Shown here one piece after another: positions 36,949 to 48,459 of a DNA stretch of 64,000 nt. The DNA comes from Octopus sinensis (lineage: Eukaryota), in assembly GCF_006345805.1 (NCBI RefSeq), contig NC_043021.1, forward strand, positions 28,706,001 through 28,770,000, written 5' to 3'. The first letter of the stretch is position 1. Every line of letters begins with the position of its first letter. A program made the position numbers and the translations under genes. Below the pieces are notes generated by a model, which was given only the letters and a program-made list of their open reading frames with translations, was not told where the DNA came from and ran no database searches.

Positions 36949-38581
36949 CTCTTGTTCGAACCACACGTGTTTACTGTAAGTTGCCGATTATTTGTTGTTG
37001 AATTATTGTTGAACGTTTTGTTATATGGTTTTTGGTCTTTGGTTTTTGTCTGTCTGTATTGAGACAGACAGGGACAATCCCTCCCTAATGGGAGAGACGA
37101 CGAGAGTTTTCGAGTCCCTATCAGACTTGTCTACGTCTGAGGAGGAACTAGAAGAAGCAGTGAGGAAAATGGACCAGAAACTGGGTTATACCTATGCCGG
37201 AGTGACTAAGAAGGCGGAAGAGAGAGGGGTGGACTTGGCCAAGCTGTCAAGTTTCCAAAAGTATATGAAGGACAGCGGTGAGGTGGAACTGGCACCGCCA
37301 CCAAAGAGAAAAGAATGGTACGAGAAAAGGACCATCACATACAGAGTATACGCAACCGGAAAGAGAAAGATAGAAGTGGTGAATATGGAGTGGATAGAGG
37401 AGGCGCTAAGAAGAACGGAAGAGGAAATTAATTTTCTGACTAGAGGTACAAAATATGGTACTGTGATAGTACAGTTCAAAAGTGAGAATACAGCAAGGAA
37501 GATGGCGGCGAAGGCGGTGAAATCCGAGAGGGTATTCCTTTTGCCCACATATTTAAATAGAAAAATTACCAGAATAAGGGTCGAGGGAATACCCCCAAAC
37601 GTCGAAGCCGAGTGGATTGTGGCAGCTATAATCAGCGGCCACGAGGATGAAGTGGACATCCTCCATGCCTCGGTAAAGACCGAGGGCTGGAGAGGTGACA
37701 CTGGAACTAAATGTGCAGGCAGAGGATGATGTACTGGTGGACCTAGCAGAAAACATCAGATTGGGAGACGTAATCATGAGAGTGTGGGTGGAGGGCAGAG
37801 CTCCACGTTGTTACAAGTGTGGCCTGAGGGGCCACATAAGAGCTAACTGTCCTCCCCCAAAGAAAGATATGGAACAGCAAAGAGAGGCAGAAAAGGATAG
37901 AAAGCGGAAGAGAAGGAGAAAACAGAAGAAGAAAGGAATTCAGGAGAATGGGAGGAGGCCAGGAGAAAGAGGAAAAGAGGAATGAGAAGTAAAGTAAACA
38001 GTATGGAATCCCAAACCACCACAACACCACCCACACCCTCTGAGACCCACCCACTCCCTGCAGACAGTGAACCCACCCGTTCCCTTCCAACAAGAAAACA
38101 GAAAAAAAAAGACACGCATAACCATGATACAAAAAATGAACCCAGGCCAAACATTGTATTTCTGACAGAAAAGGAAAAAATTAAAAAGACAATGGAGGAA
38201 TATAAATGGTGTGAGAGAGGACAGATCAGGTATGCAGTGATTGGAAAGGAACGAATGGACGATTTTATAATAAAGTGTGAAAGGGAGGATTGGGAAGTGA
38301 AGGAGGTGAGAATGATTGAAGAAACCGTGAGAGATTTGGAAGAGACGTTTAAAGTAAGAATGGAGATGGAAGGTTTTGTTATTGGAACTGAACGAGGAGC
38401 ATTTGTGTGTGAATAACAACCAAAGGACAGGTAAGTGATGCTAACGGATAGGGCCGTTAGCATCACTTTCATATTATCACTTTCAAAATTCATTTTTCAT
38501 TCATTGTAACCGTATTGATCTATGTCCCCAATGTTTGTAATGTCCCCCTCTATGTGGCCCCTAGTGGGTAATAGAGAAATA
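36949..38581 (+). mobile_element. ORF1-only (HAL1-like) Tx1-related retroelement, 1633 bp, 16-bp TSD
   Basis: TSD ttcactctgtgagagc at 36933-36948 and 38582-38597. It carries a single ORF1 and a Tx1-like 3' end. Confidence 0.85.
37088..38416 (+). pseudogene. Gag-like ORF1 (RRM-like region plus CCHC knuckle), two frameshifts
   Basis: MGETTRVF...INFLTRGTKYGTVIVQF...LLPTYLNRK; VWVEGRAPRCYKCGLRGHIRANC; ends GAFVCE*. Confidence 0.8.
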
Positions 38582-38739
38582 TTCACTCTGTGAGAGCATT
38601 AGTTCAAATCGCACGTGTCTCGAATGGGCTGGAGTATTTCTATTTTGGATGCATTTGGGGTACTTAATTGTGCTCATGACTTAGTGTTCGCTTCTTCCAT
38701 GGGTATGAGTAAGTATCTCATTTATTTCTTTTGCCACAT

Positions 38740-38794
38740 GTATCACTGACGAAGGGAGGGCTGTTATAAGCTAACCCTGAAATCGCACTGATAT
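38740..38794 (+). ncRNA. Hammerhead-like motif, probably inactive
   Basis: gtatca CTGACGA aggg-...-ccct GAAA tcg CAC tgatat. The core is canonical but the cleavage triplet is CAC, not NUH. Confidence 0.45.
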
Positions 38795-39074
38795 GGTAAT
38801 AATGGAATGTTTTAGAAATTTCCGTCGACCTTTTTTCGAGTAGCGTGCATGTTGTGAAAAAATTATATGGTTAATGAACAATATGTCCAATTTTTCGGCA
38901 TATCTGGCATTAGAAATGTTTTCGTTTGCCCTTAATTATGAATTGTTTATAGATTTAACCTTTAAAGATATTTTTTTGATATGCTGGCCATTGATAAAAA
39001 TTTTTTTGAAAAGGAATATATTTTTTTCGAAAAAAATTTTATCCTTCATTAGATATATATATATATATATATAT

Positions 39075-39232
39075 ACGACGGGCTTCTTTCAGTTTCCGTC
39101 CAGCAAATCCACTCAAACAGCTGTAGTCGGCTCGAAGCTATAGTAGAAGATACCTTCCCAAAATGCCACGCAGTGGAACTGAACTCAGAACCATGTGGTT
39201 GGGAAGCAAGCTTCTTACCACACAGCCACATA
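39075..39232 (-). mobile_element. OK-like SINE, 5' part
   Basis: cgggcttctttcagtttccgtc...cttcttaccacacagccac. Confidence 0.75.
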
Positions 39233-39789
39233 TATAGTATAGATCTAGATATATGCAGAGAAAGAGGGGGGAGAGCGAGAACTAGAGAGAAAGTGAGAGA
39301 GAGTGTGGTATGCATACTTATATGCCTATATACTACCAAATTCATATCACCAACCATGCGGACACGTGAAGACACCTTCATAAGTACGTACATATATAAA
39401 ATATGTACAAGCATAGATACAAACATACATTTACACGTACACACACGCAAACGTACATGCATACATACAAACTTACGTGCATGCATTACACGTACGTTCA
39501 TACGCATATAAATAACATCGATTGTGCATGCTTACATACACATATGCAAACATGTATAAATGCACGCATACATATGGACAGACAGGCAGGCAGACAGACA
39601 GCCAGGCAGTCAGACAGACAGAAAGGCAGTCAGACAGATACACGCAGCTGCACGCTGATGCATATATATGAGTGTGTTAAACAGTCGATTTCGTATTGTG
39701 GTGTTAATAGATGTAGAATTGATGGCTGCCGATTTGATAAAGTAGCGACAACAGATAAAGGATGTTGCATCGATGCATATAGCAATAAT

Positions 39790-40616
<827 letters not shown>

Positions 40617-40699
40617 GTTATTCATACAACAGATTCATGTAAGTTAGGTAAATTATCAATCTCTCTGTCTGTCTGTCTGTCTGTCTTGGTTCTCTTAGT

Positions 40700-40850
40700 A
40701 TATTTTTCAGTTTCCGTCGGTCAAATCCACTCACAAGACTTTGGTCGGCCCGAATCTACAGTAGAATACATTGTTCAAGGTACCACACTGTGTGACTGAA
40801 CCCTGAGACAAGCTTCTTACCACGTAATCACAGTGTTGAGTGCCTTTTTC
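40700..40850 (-). mobile_element. OK-like SINE, 5' part, degenerate
   Basis: ttttcagtttccgtcggtcaaatccactcacaagac...gcttcttaccac. Confidence 0.65.
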
Positions 40851-41517
40851 TTTCACTTGTCCACTCACTACACACACATAGGATGCACGCACACACGCGC
40901 GTGCGCACACACACACACACACACACACACTTCATTAAAGAGGCGACAGTCATTATAAACAAAGAAGAAAAGAAACGAACGAACAAGCTTCTTTGTGATT
41001 ACATGTTTTACTCGAATGAACAGCCAAATCTCTCTCTCTCTCTCTCTCTTTCTCTCACTCTCTCTCTCCCTCTCTTTCTCTCTTAAATTACATCATGGTC
41101 TTAATCAACCACAAGGCACCCGCTAAGGGTTGAAACAGTTTTATAAATGTTTGCATGATTGAGGTTGACATGAGGTCAAACTGAATTCTCCATGTGGTAT
41201 TTCGATATGCTAGAAATATCTGCCCACTGAAAGTCGATTTAACAAGAACAAGAATTATAACAACAACAACAAGAGTCTTGCAAAACGCAGAGTAGAAGTG
41301 GGGGTTGTGAGTAGAAAGAAGCATGGATCTCTGGTTGAAGAGAGACACTTGGTTCTTGTTTCTATTCCAAAGCTTGTCGCTTTTATCATAACAAACAGAA
41401 CCATCATACGGAGTCAAACCACGTATCTGTTGTCTACAAGATCTGCCAGTTCCTGCAAATGGATAAAGATCTCTTATTACAGAATTGCACGCGCGTGTAT
41501 ATATATATATATATATA

Positions 41518-41915
41518 TATTTCTCTTTTACTTGTTTCAGTCATTGACTGCAGCCATGCCTTGGAGGCTTTTACTCGAACAAATCGACACCAGAACTTAT
41601 TGTTTGTTTAGACCTAATACTTATTCTATCGGTTCCTTTTGCCGAACCACTAAGTCATGGGGACGTAAACACACCAACACCGGTTGTCAAACTGTGCTGG
41701 AGAACAAACAGACACTACGATACACACGCGCACACACTCACACACATTTATATATATATTCGACGAGCTTCTTTCATTTTCCGTCTATCAAATCAACACA
41801 TAAAGCTTTGGTCGTACGGAAGGGGTCGTAGAAGATAGCTGCCCAAGGTCACCTAGTAGAATTCAACCCGGAGTTATGTGAGTGGGAAGCAAACTTTTTA
41901 CCACACAGGAACGTC
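41518..41915 (-). mobile_element. OK-like SINE, near full length
   Basis: cttgtttcagtcattgactgc...ttattctatcggt...ggggacgtaaacacacc...ttttaccacacag. Confidence 0.75.
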
Positions 41916-42367
41916 TGCGCCTGTATATATATGTATATATATATATATGCATATATATCATATCATATAAATTATTTGGGAAAACAAATTTCCAAATCAA
42001 TCAGGTGTAACCCTACAGCGTTATATGCATCTACTTTGGGGTCTTTTTATCGTATATTTATATATTTATCTATAAATATACAAAGTATCTGATAAAAGTC
42101 AATATTCAATTTTGGGGGATTAATCGATACGTAGGTATTCTATTTCAGATAATACAAAAATAATGAGTATATCTTACAGTAAACTCATGGTGTCAGTTTG
42201 CACATCACGAAATAATACTTAAAGGATATAGCCAAAATTTCCAGTTGGGTATATAATGTACTTCATTAATTATATCATACTTTAGTTAATACTTGAATAT
42301 GAAAGAACTACACGGGTTTCAGTATTGAAAGATTACAACATATATACATATACACGACTGTATATAC

Positions 42368-42429
<62 letters not shown>

Positions 42430-42514
42430 CATACATACATACATACATACATACATACATACATACATACATACATACATACATACACGTCTGTATATAC
42501 CCATATATATATAT

Positions 42515-42577
<63 letters not shown>

Positions 42578-42829
42578 GGGTTTAGCAACAAGTTTCTTCT
42601 CCACATACCGGAAATTTAGAAATAGCAGCGAAAGACAGCTAATTCTTTTCACTACAGATATGACTCCACAGATAAAAATATTTGTAACTCACATGGGTAA
42701 AAAGAAGAAAAATCAACGAAATAAAACAGTCTTCGATTAATTATGGACGCGTTTCTGGATTATAATTTTAAAAATTCATTTCCGTTATCAACATAATATT
42801 TCGAGAATTATAAATTTGAAAATGCAAGA

Positions 42830-43790
42830 AAACCTACCCTTTGCATCTCCGACCAAGCGCCATCGGAATATAAAGAGAGGTAAAGGTGGACTTGGGCTGA
42901 AAAGCGTACGGGAGTGCATCAACGGTGAAAGAAGAAACATGGCAGTATATTTTGTAAACAGCAAACAAGACCTGCTACAGCATGCTGCTAATGCAGAAAG
43001 ATTTAGCAAAAATGGACTTAAGAGTACTCATGAATTCCGATCAGGAAGAGCCAACGAGAGAAAAGAAACGCTACTCCGCATGGAATTACATGGTCAGTTC
43101 CACTGTGAAACCAACAAATTAAAACACCAGAAAGTATGATGGTGGTGGCTTAACAAGGGTGACCTAAAATAAGAATATTGAAAGCCTAAGGACCAGGCAT
43201 TGAATGCCAATTCAGTGAAAAAGAATGTATACCACACAAGAGCAACGGATCTCAGCAGAATGTGTGGGGAGAGAAGGGGGTCGAAAGCGTGACTCACATT
43301 GTTAGCGCTTGTGTAAGTCTTGCGCAGAAAGGGTAAAAGCGTAGACACGATAACGTAGCGAAAAACCTCCACTGGCTACTGTGCCGTAAGTATGGATATG
43401 AGGTTACGCGTGTTTCGTACCAACATACACCAGAAAAGGTAATGGACGAAAAGGGGAAGACAAAAATCCTCTGGGACTTTGACTTCCAGACAGACAAGGT
43501 ATTAAAGCACCGTAGGCCGGACATAGTATCCTTTAGGAGGGACAAACAAGAGTGCCTATTAATTGACGTGGCAGTGCCAGGAGATCAACATATCATCATA
43601 AAGGAAAGAGAAAAGGTTGATAAATATGGAGACCTGAAAACTGAGATCGCTAAGATGTGGCAGCTACGAGAGGCAAGCATAAAGGTTATCCCTATTGTCA
43701 TCAGAGCATTGGATTCAATACCATCCAATCTGAAAAAAATAACTGAAAACGTTAGAAATACCCTACAATCTAGGTGTATTGCAAAAGTGA
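42830..43790 (+). mobile_element. R4/Dong-like LINE 3' fragment, degenerate
   Basis: GKGGLGLKSV...LHGQF; HIVSAC..LAQ..KRRHDNVAK; ILWDFDFQTDKVLKHRRPDIV; LIDVAVPGD; EKVDKYGDLK. Confidence 0.85.
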
Positions 43791-43796
43791 GTTAGA

Positions 43797-44105
43797 GCGT
43801 CGAACTTACGACCGTGAGGTTGAAAGTTCGAATTCCAGACCGGGTTGCGTGTTGTGTTCTTGAGCAAGACACTTTATTTCACGTTGCTCCAGTTCACTCA
43901 GCTGTAGAAATGAGTTGCGACATCACTGGTGCCAAGCTGTATCGGCCTTTGCCTTTCCCTTGGATAACATCGGTGGCGTGGAGAGGGGAGGCTGGTATGC
44001 ATGGGCGACTGCTGGTATTCCATAAACAACCTTGCCCGGACTTGTGCCTCGGAGGATAACTTTCTAGGTGTAATCCCACGTCATTCGTGACCGAAGGGGT
44101 TTCCG
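43797..44105 (+). mobile_element. tRNA-derived SINE with CORE/V-like central motif
   Basis: gttcgaattcc B box, then gtgttcttgagcaagacacttt. The 3' part is shared with 16938-17137. Confidence 0.7.
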
Positions 44106-44211
44106 ATTGTTTGTCTGAGGCCCTTGTTGTGACTTGACAAACAGTACAAACACGCAGTAGGCACAATATCTCCAACCAATAACCTCACTGTATTGTATAC
44201 TGTGCGACGTG

Positions 44212-44214
<3 letters not shown>

Positions 44215-44308
<94 letters not shown>
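44215..44308. repeat. (TAA)n(TGA)n microsatellite
   Basis: Direct reading of the sequence. Confidence 0.95.
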
Positions 44309-44309
44309 C

Positions 44310-45612
44310 TAGCAAAAAAGAATACGCAAGCTGCTGAGTTGTAATAGGATGCACCACCCAAAGGCAGACGGAGATCGCCTTTACCTTCCCAGAGCCCAAG
44401 GAGGTCGAGGCCTGATCCAATTTGAACTAGCTTACAAAACAACCACAATTGGACTGGCCAAATATCTTGAAATAACGAATGACTGGATGCTAAAGCTCGT
44501 GGAAAATCACGAGAGACGAAAGAAGCTTCATTCTATCATAAAGAAAAGCAAAAAATTTGCTATTGATCTCTACCCAAACTGAACAAGCCGAGGGAAGTAC
44601 GGCAACTATTGTTGCAAAGAAGGTGAAAATAATGGCAACGAAAAAAGCGCACGAGCAATTGGCTGATAGGTGGGAGGAGAAACCTCTGCACGGCAAATAT
44701 GTGGCCCGTAGCAAACAAGCTGATGTTGACCAGAAGCAAACCCATCAGTAGCTACGGAGCTCAGGGCTAAAAGCAGAGAGCGAAGGTTTCATCCTGGCTG
44801 CTCAAGATCAAAGCCTATTAACCCAGAACTACCAGGCCAATGTGATGAAAAATGGAGCAGACCCAAAATGAAGATTCTGCAACGACATGATTGAAACAGT
44901 GGACCACCTAATCTCTGGATGTAAAGTCTTAGCACCAGTGGAGTATAAATTAAGACATGACAGAGTTGGCCAATATCTACACTGGCTAATAAGTCGGCAT
45001 TACTATATCAAAACTGCCGGCAAGTGGTATAATCACCACCCTGAGGCTGTAACTGAAGGAGAAAATGTAACGATTCTGTGAGACTTTCCAGTACATACAG
45101 ACCGAACCATCAAAGCCAATAAACCGGATATTGTTGTGAAAGACCAAAACAATAAAGTTTGCTTATTGATCGACATAATATCTCGGCGAAAGAGTTTGAC
45201 AAGCTCAGAAAATATAAAGACCTGCTCATTGAAATTGAGAAAATGTGGCATCTCAAGGCGGTTACAATACCAGTGATCGTAGGAGCACTAGGAATGATCA
45301 AGAAGGGAACCGAAAATTATAGGAGAATGATCCCTGGCTTACCATCCCTGCAAGAAATGCAAAAGATTGTCTTAACTGGTACATCACACGTATTGAGAAG
45401 AGCATTGTCGATGTGAGAACTATTACTACCCATGTATTTTAATTTAACTTTAAAAAAAAAATGAACGAACTAGTGAGTTTAGTTTAATGGCCTACCAATG
45501 TATACTATGAGTTTCTTTGCCCTAGGAATCGGGAAGACACTCGGTAAGAAATGGAAGCAAATTTGAAAGCAGAAGAAAAAAAAAGATAACAATAATAATA
45601 ATAATAATAATC
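44310..45612 (+). mobile_element. R4/Dong-like LINE, 5'-truncated, with (TAA)n at its 3' end
   Basis: HHPKADGDRLYLPRAQGGRGL; KPLHGKY; ESEGFILAAQDQSL; ETVDHLISGC..LAPVEYKLRHDRV; ANKPDIVVKD; KYKDLLIEIEKMW; VIVGALG. Confidence 0.9.
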
Positions 45613-46199
45613 CATGGATGGCATTTATAACGCTACGCACGTTTCTGCAAATCACATGTTTTTTTACGATCATGGTCCGTATTCAAGGGATGATTACAGT
45701 ACTGTCAGTAGCATCAATGGACATCGGGTGGATCATATTCTTGCGTTCATTTCTTCAGGCAATGGCATTATCGATGAAAGCAGCGGATGTGTAATTTAAG
45801 GTTGTTTATCAGCTTTGACCAATGAAAAGGTTGATTGGGGTATGTAGGCAGCTGTCTGTGGAGTCGTAGACGGTGATGGAAATAGAGAAAGGAATAATAG
45901 TTATAAAGGAGGAGAGAGAGAGAGAGAGAGAGCTGTGCGTGGTGATGTTAGACGTATTCTGATATTTGAGTGTGCAGATATCAGGATGGGTGATATAAGT
46001 TCGATGGTTTAACCGTAGTCACTGCAGGCGCCCCCCCCTCTATGAATTAAGATGTAGTAGGGTCAACAAGTACATCTATTCAGTTGTTGGAGTACATTGC
46101 CTGAGTTGACAAATGATATTCTCTTAAAATGTCCTTTTAATTACTTCTGATAGTATAATTGGTATACCATAGAGCACATGAAAATAATAGTTGCACATG

Positions 46200-46602
<403 letters not shown>

Positions 46603-46699
46603 TATATACATATATATGTTATATATGTATATATACATATATATGTGTACAGAGTGCGATGTGTAAATTGTCGCCCATTTTATATTTCTAATTTCGCGC

Positions 46700-47456
46700 A
46701 TGCTCATTATTTTTCATTTTGTCGGCTACACGCTATGGGAGGGTCAGTTGGGCACCGTCTGTGAGAAAAAGAGCACCATGACGCAATTCACTCTCGCGCC
46801 GGAAGCTCCAATACAAGCATTTCAGAGTGTTTGAGGGCAGTAAATGTACCGAGAGTGACGAAAATCAAACATTCAGTCAACATCATGGTGTTTGGAATGA
46901 TCACTAGTGATGGCGACATTATGCCTCCATTCATCTTCCCACACAGCCTCAGACTCAACACGGAGGCCTACATCAAGTGAATGGATGAGGTAGTGCTGCC
47001 CTGGGTCTAGAGGGTACCGGCTGGAAGAGGCTATGTCTGGCAACAGGACTCTCCACCATGCTAGACAAGCAGGAGAATGCAGTCGTGGCTGTCAGTCGAT
47101 TTCCGCGACCACATCACCCCTAACATCTGGTTACCTAACTTCCCAGACTGCAACCCCTTTTGATTATTATGTGTGGGATGAAGTTGAGCGAGAGACGAGC
47201 AAAACTCCTTGTAACACTATAGATGAACTGAAGGCAAGGATTATGACAGCATTCGTCAGTTTGGACAAGGAGACCGTCCAGAAGAGTTACAGAAGATTCC
47301 GAAGTTGTCTGGAGACCGTGGTTGAGACCGTTATTGAATAAATTTACTCGTTTCAAACTATTTTTATGTAATTTTGGTAAATATATCTATTAAAATGAGA
47401 TGTTAGTGTTATTATCATTTTTGCGTACTCTAGACATTTCATTCACCGCACCCTCT
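46700..47456 (+). mobile_element. DD37D (maT-type) Tc1/mariner element, internally deleted
   Basis: VMVFG-like IMVFGMITSDG; VWQQDS...PDCNPFDYYVW with 37 residues between the second and third catalytic D. It ends in caccgcaccct. Confidence 0.8.
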
Positions 47457-47651
47457 CAATCTGTCTGTCTGTCTGTCTGTTCTCTCTCTCTCTCTCTCTC
47501 TCCTCTCTCTCCTCTCTCCTCTCCCTCTCTCTCTCTCTCTATGTGTATATATATATAATATATATATATATAATATTTATATATATATATCTATATTATA
47601 TATATATATATATATATAATATTATATATATAATATATTAATATATATATA

Positions 47652-47805
47652 ACCCGACGACGTTTCTTTCAGTTTTTAATCTACCAAGTCCACTGACAAG
47701 GCTTTGGTCGGCCCGAGACACAGTAGAAGACAACTGCCCTAGTTGCCACGCAGTGGAACTGAACGCGGAACAACGTTGCTGGGAAGCAAACTTCTACCAC
47801 ATAGT
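47652..47805 (-). mobile_element. OK-like SINE, 5' part
   Basis: tttctttcagtt...ctttggtcggcccg...gccacgcagtggaactgaac...cttctaccaca. Confidence 0.7.
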
Positions 47806-47814
47806 CACAGACAC

Positions 47815-48093
47815 AATAGATAGATAGCAGAATAGATAGATAGTATATAGATAGATAAGATAGATAGATAGATGATAGATAGATGATAGATATATGATAG
47901 ATAGATAGACAGATAGATCATGATAGATAGATAGATATATAGATAGATAGATAGATAGATATAGAGATGATAGATAGATTATAGATATATGATATGATAG
48001 ATGATAGAGAGATAGATAGATGATAGATAGTAGATATGTTTCTTATTAGCCACACAGGGCACATAGATAAGATAAAGATAGATAGATAGATAG

Positions 48094-48161
<68 letters not shown>
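47815..48161. repeat. Degenerate (GATA)n array containing a 28-nt Tx1 3' fragment at 48035-48062
   Basis: atgtttcttattagccacacagggc matches the Tx1 3' terminus on the minus strand. Confidence 0.85.
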
Positions 48162-48163
<2 letters not shown>

Positions 48164-48459
48164 CTTTTTTATTGTAGCCACACAGGGCTAAACACAGAAT
48201 AAAATGGACGAAATACAATGTAGAATTTTTTCTTTTCGAGGTGGGATGGTGGGGCAAAAAAAACAAAAAAAAACAAACTTTGATCAATAGGGATCTGTGG
48301 GTTGTGTGGTGTATAAAAAAGCAATATATATATATATATAAGGTTCACAGTTTAGGTGTAGCCTTGGAAAGAAAACCTACAAAAAAGACCAAGGTCACCT
48401 CAGACAGTTCGAAAAAGAACACATGAGTAAGTCGCCTTACTTCTCGTTGTCTCTTTTGG

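Larger units (their letters stand above)
36830..39058 (+). mobile_element. PLE-type pLTR remnant interrupted by an ORF1-only element
   Basis: ~75-bp direct repeat (gctggccattgat...ccttcattagatata) at ~36830 and ~38985, both next to (TA)n. An HHR-like motif lies at 38740-38794. Confidence 0.55.

Noticed and set aside
45614-45800. Short ORFs, one hydrophobic, in unique-looking sequence
   Set aside because: They are about 60 aa with no motif or splice evidence.
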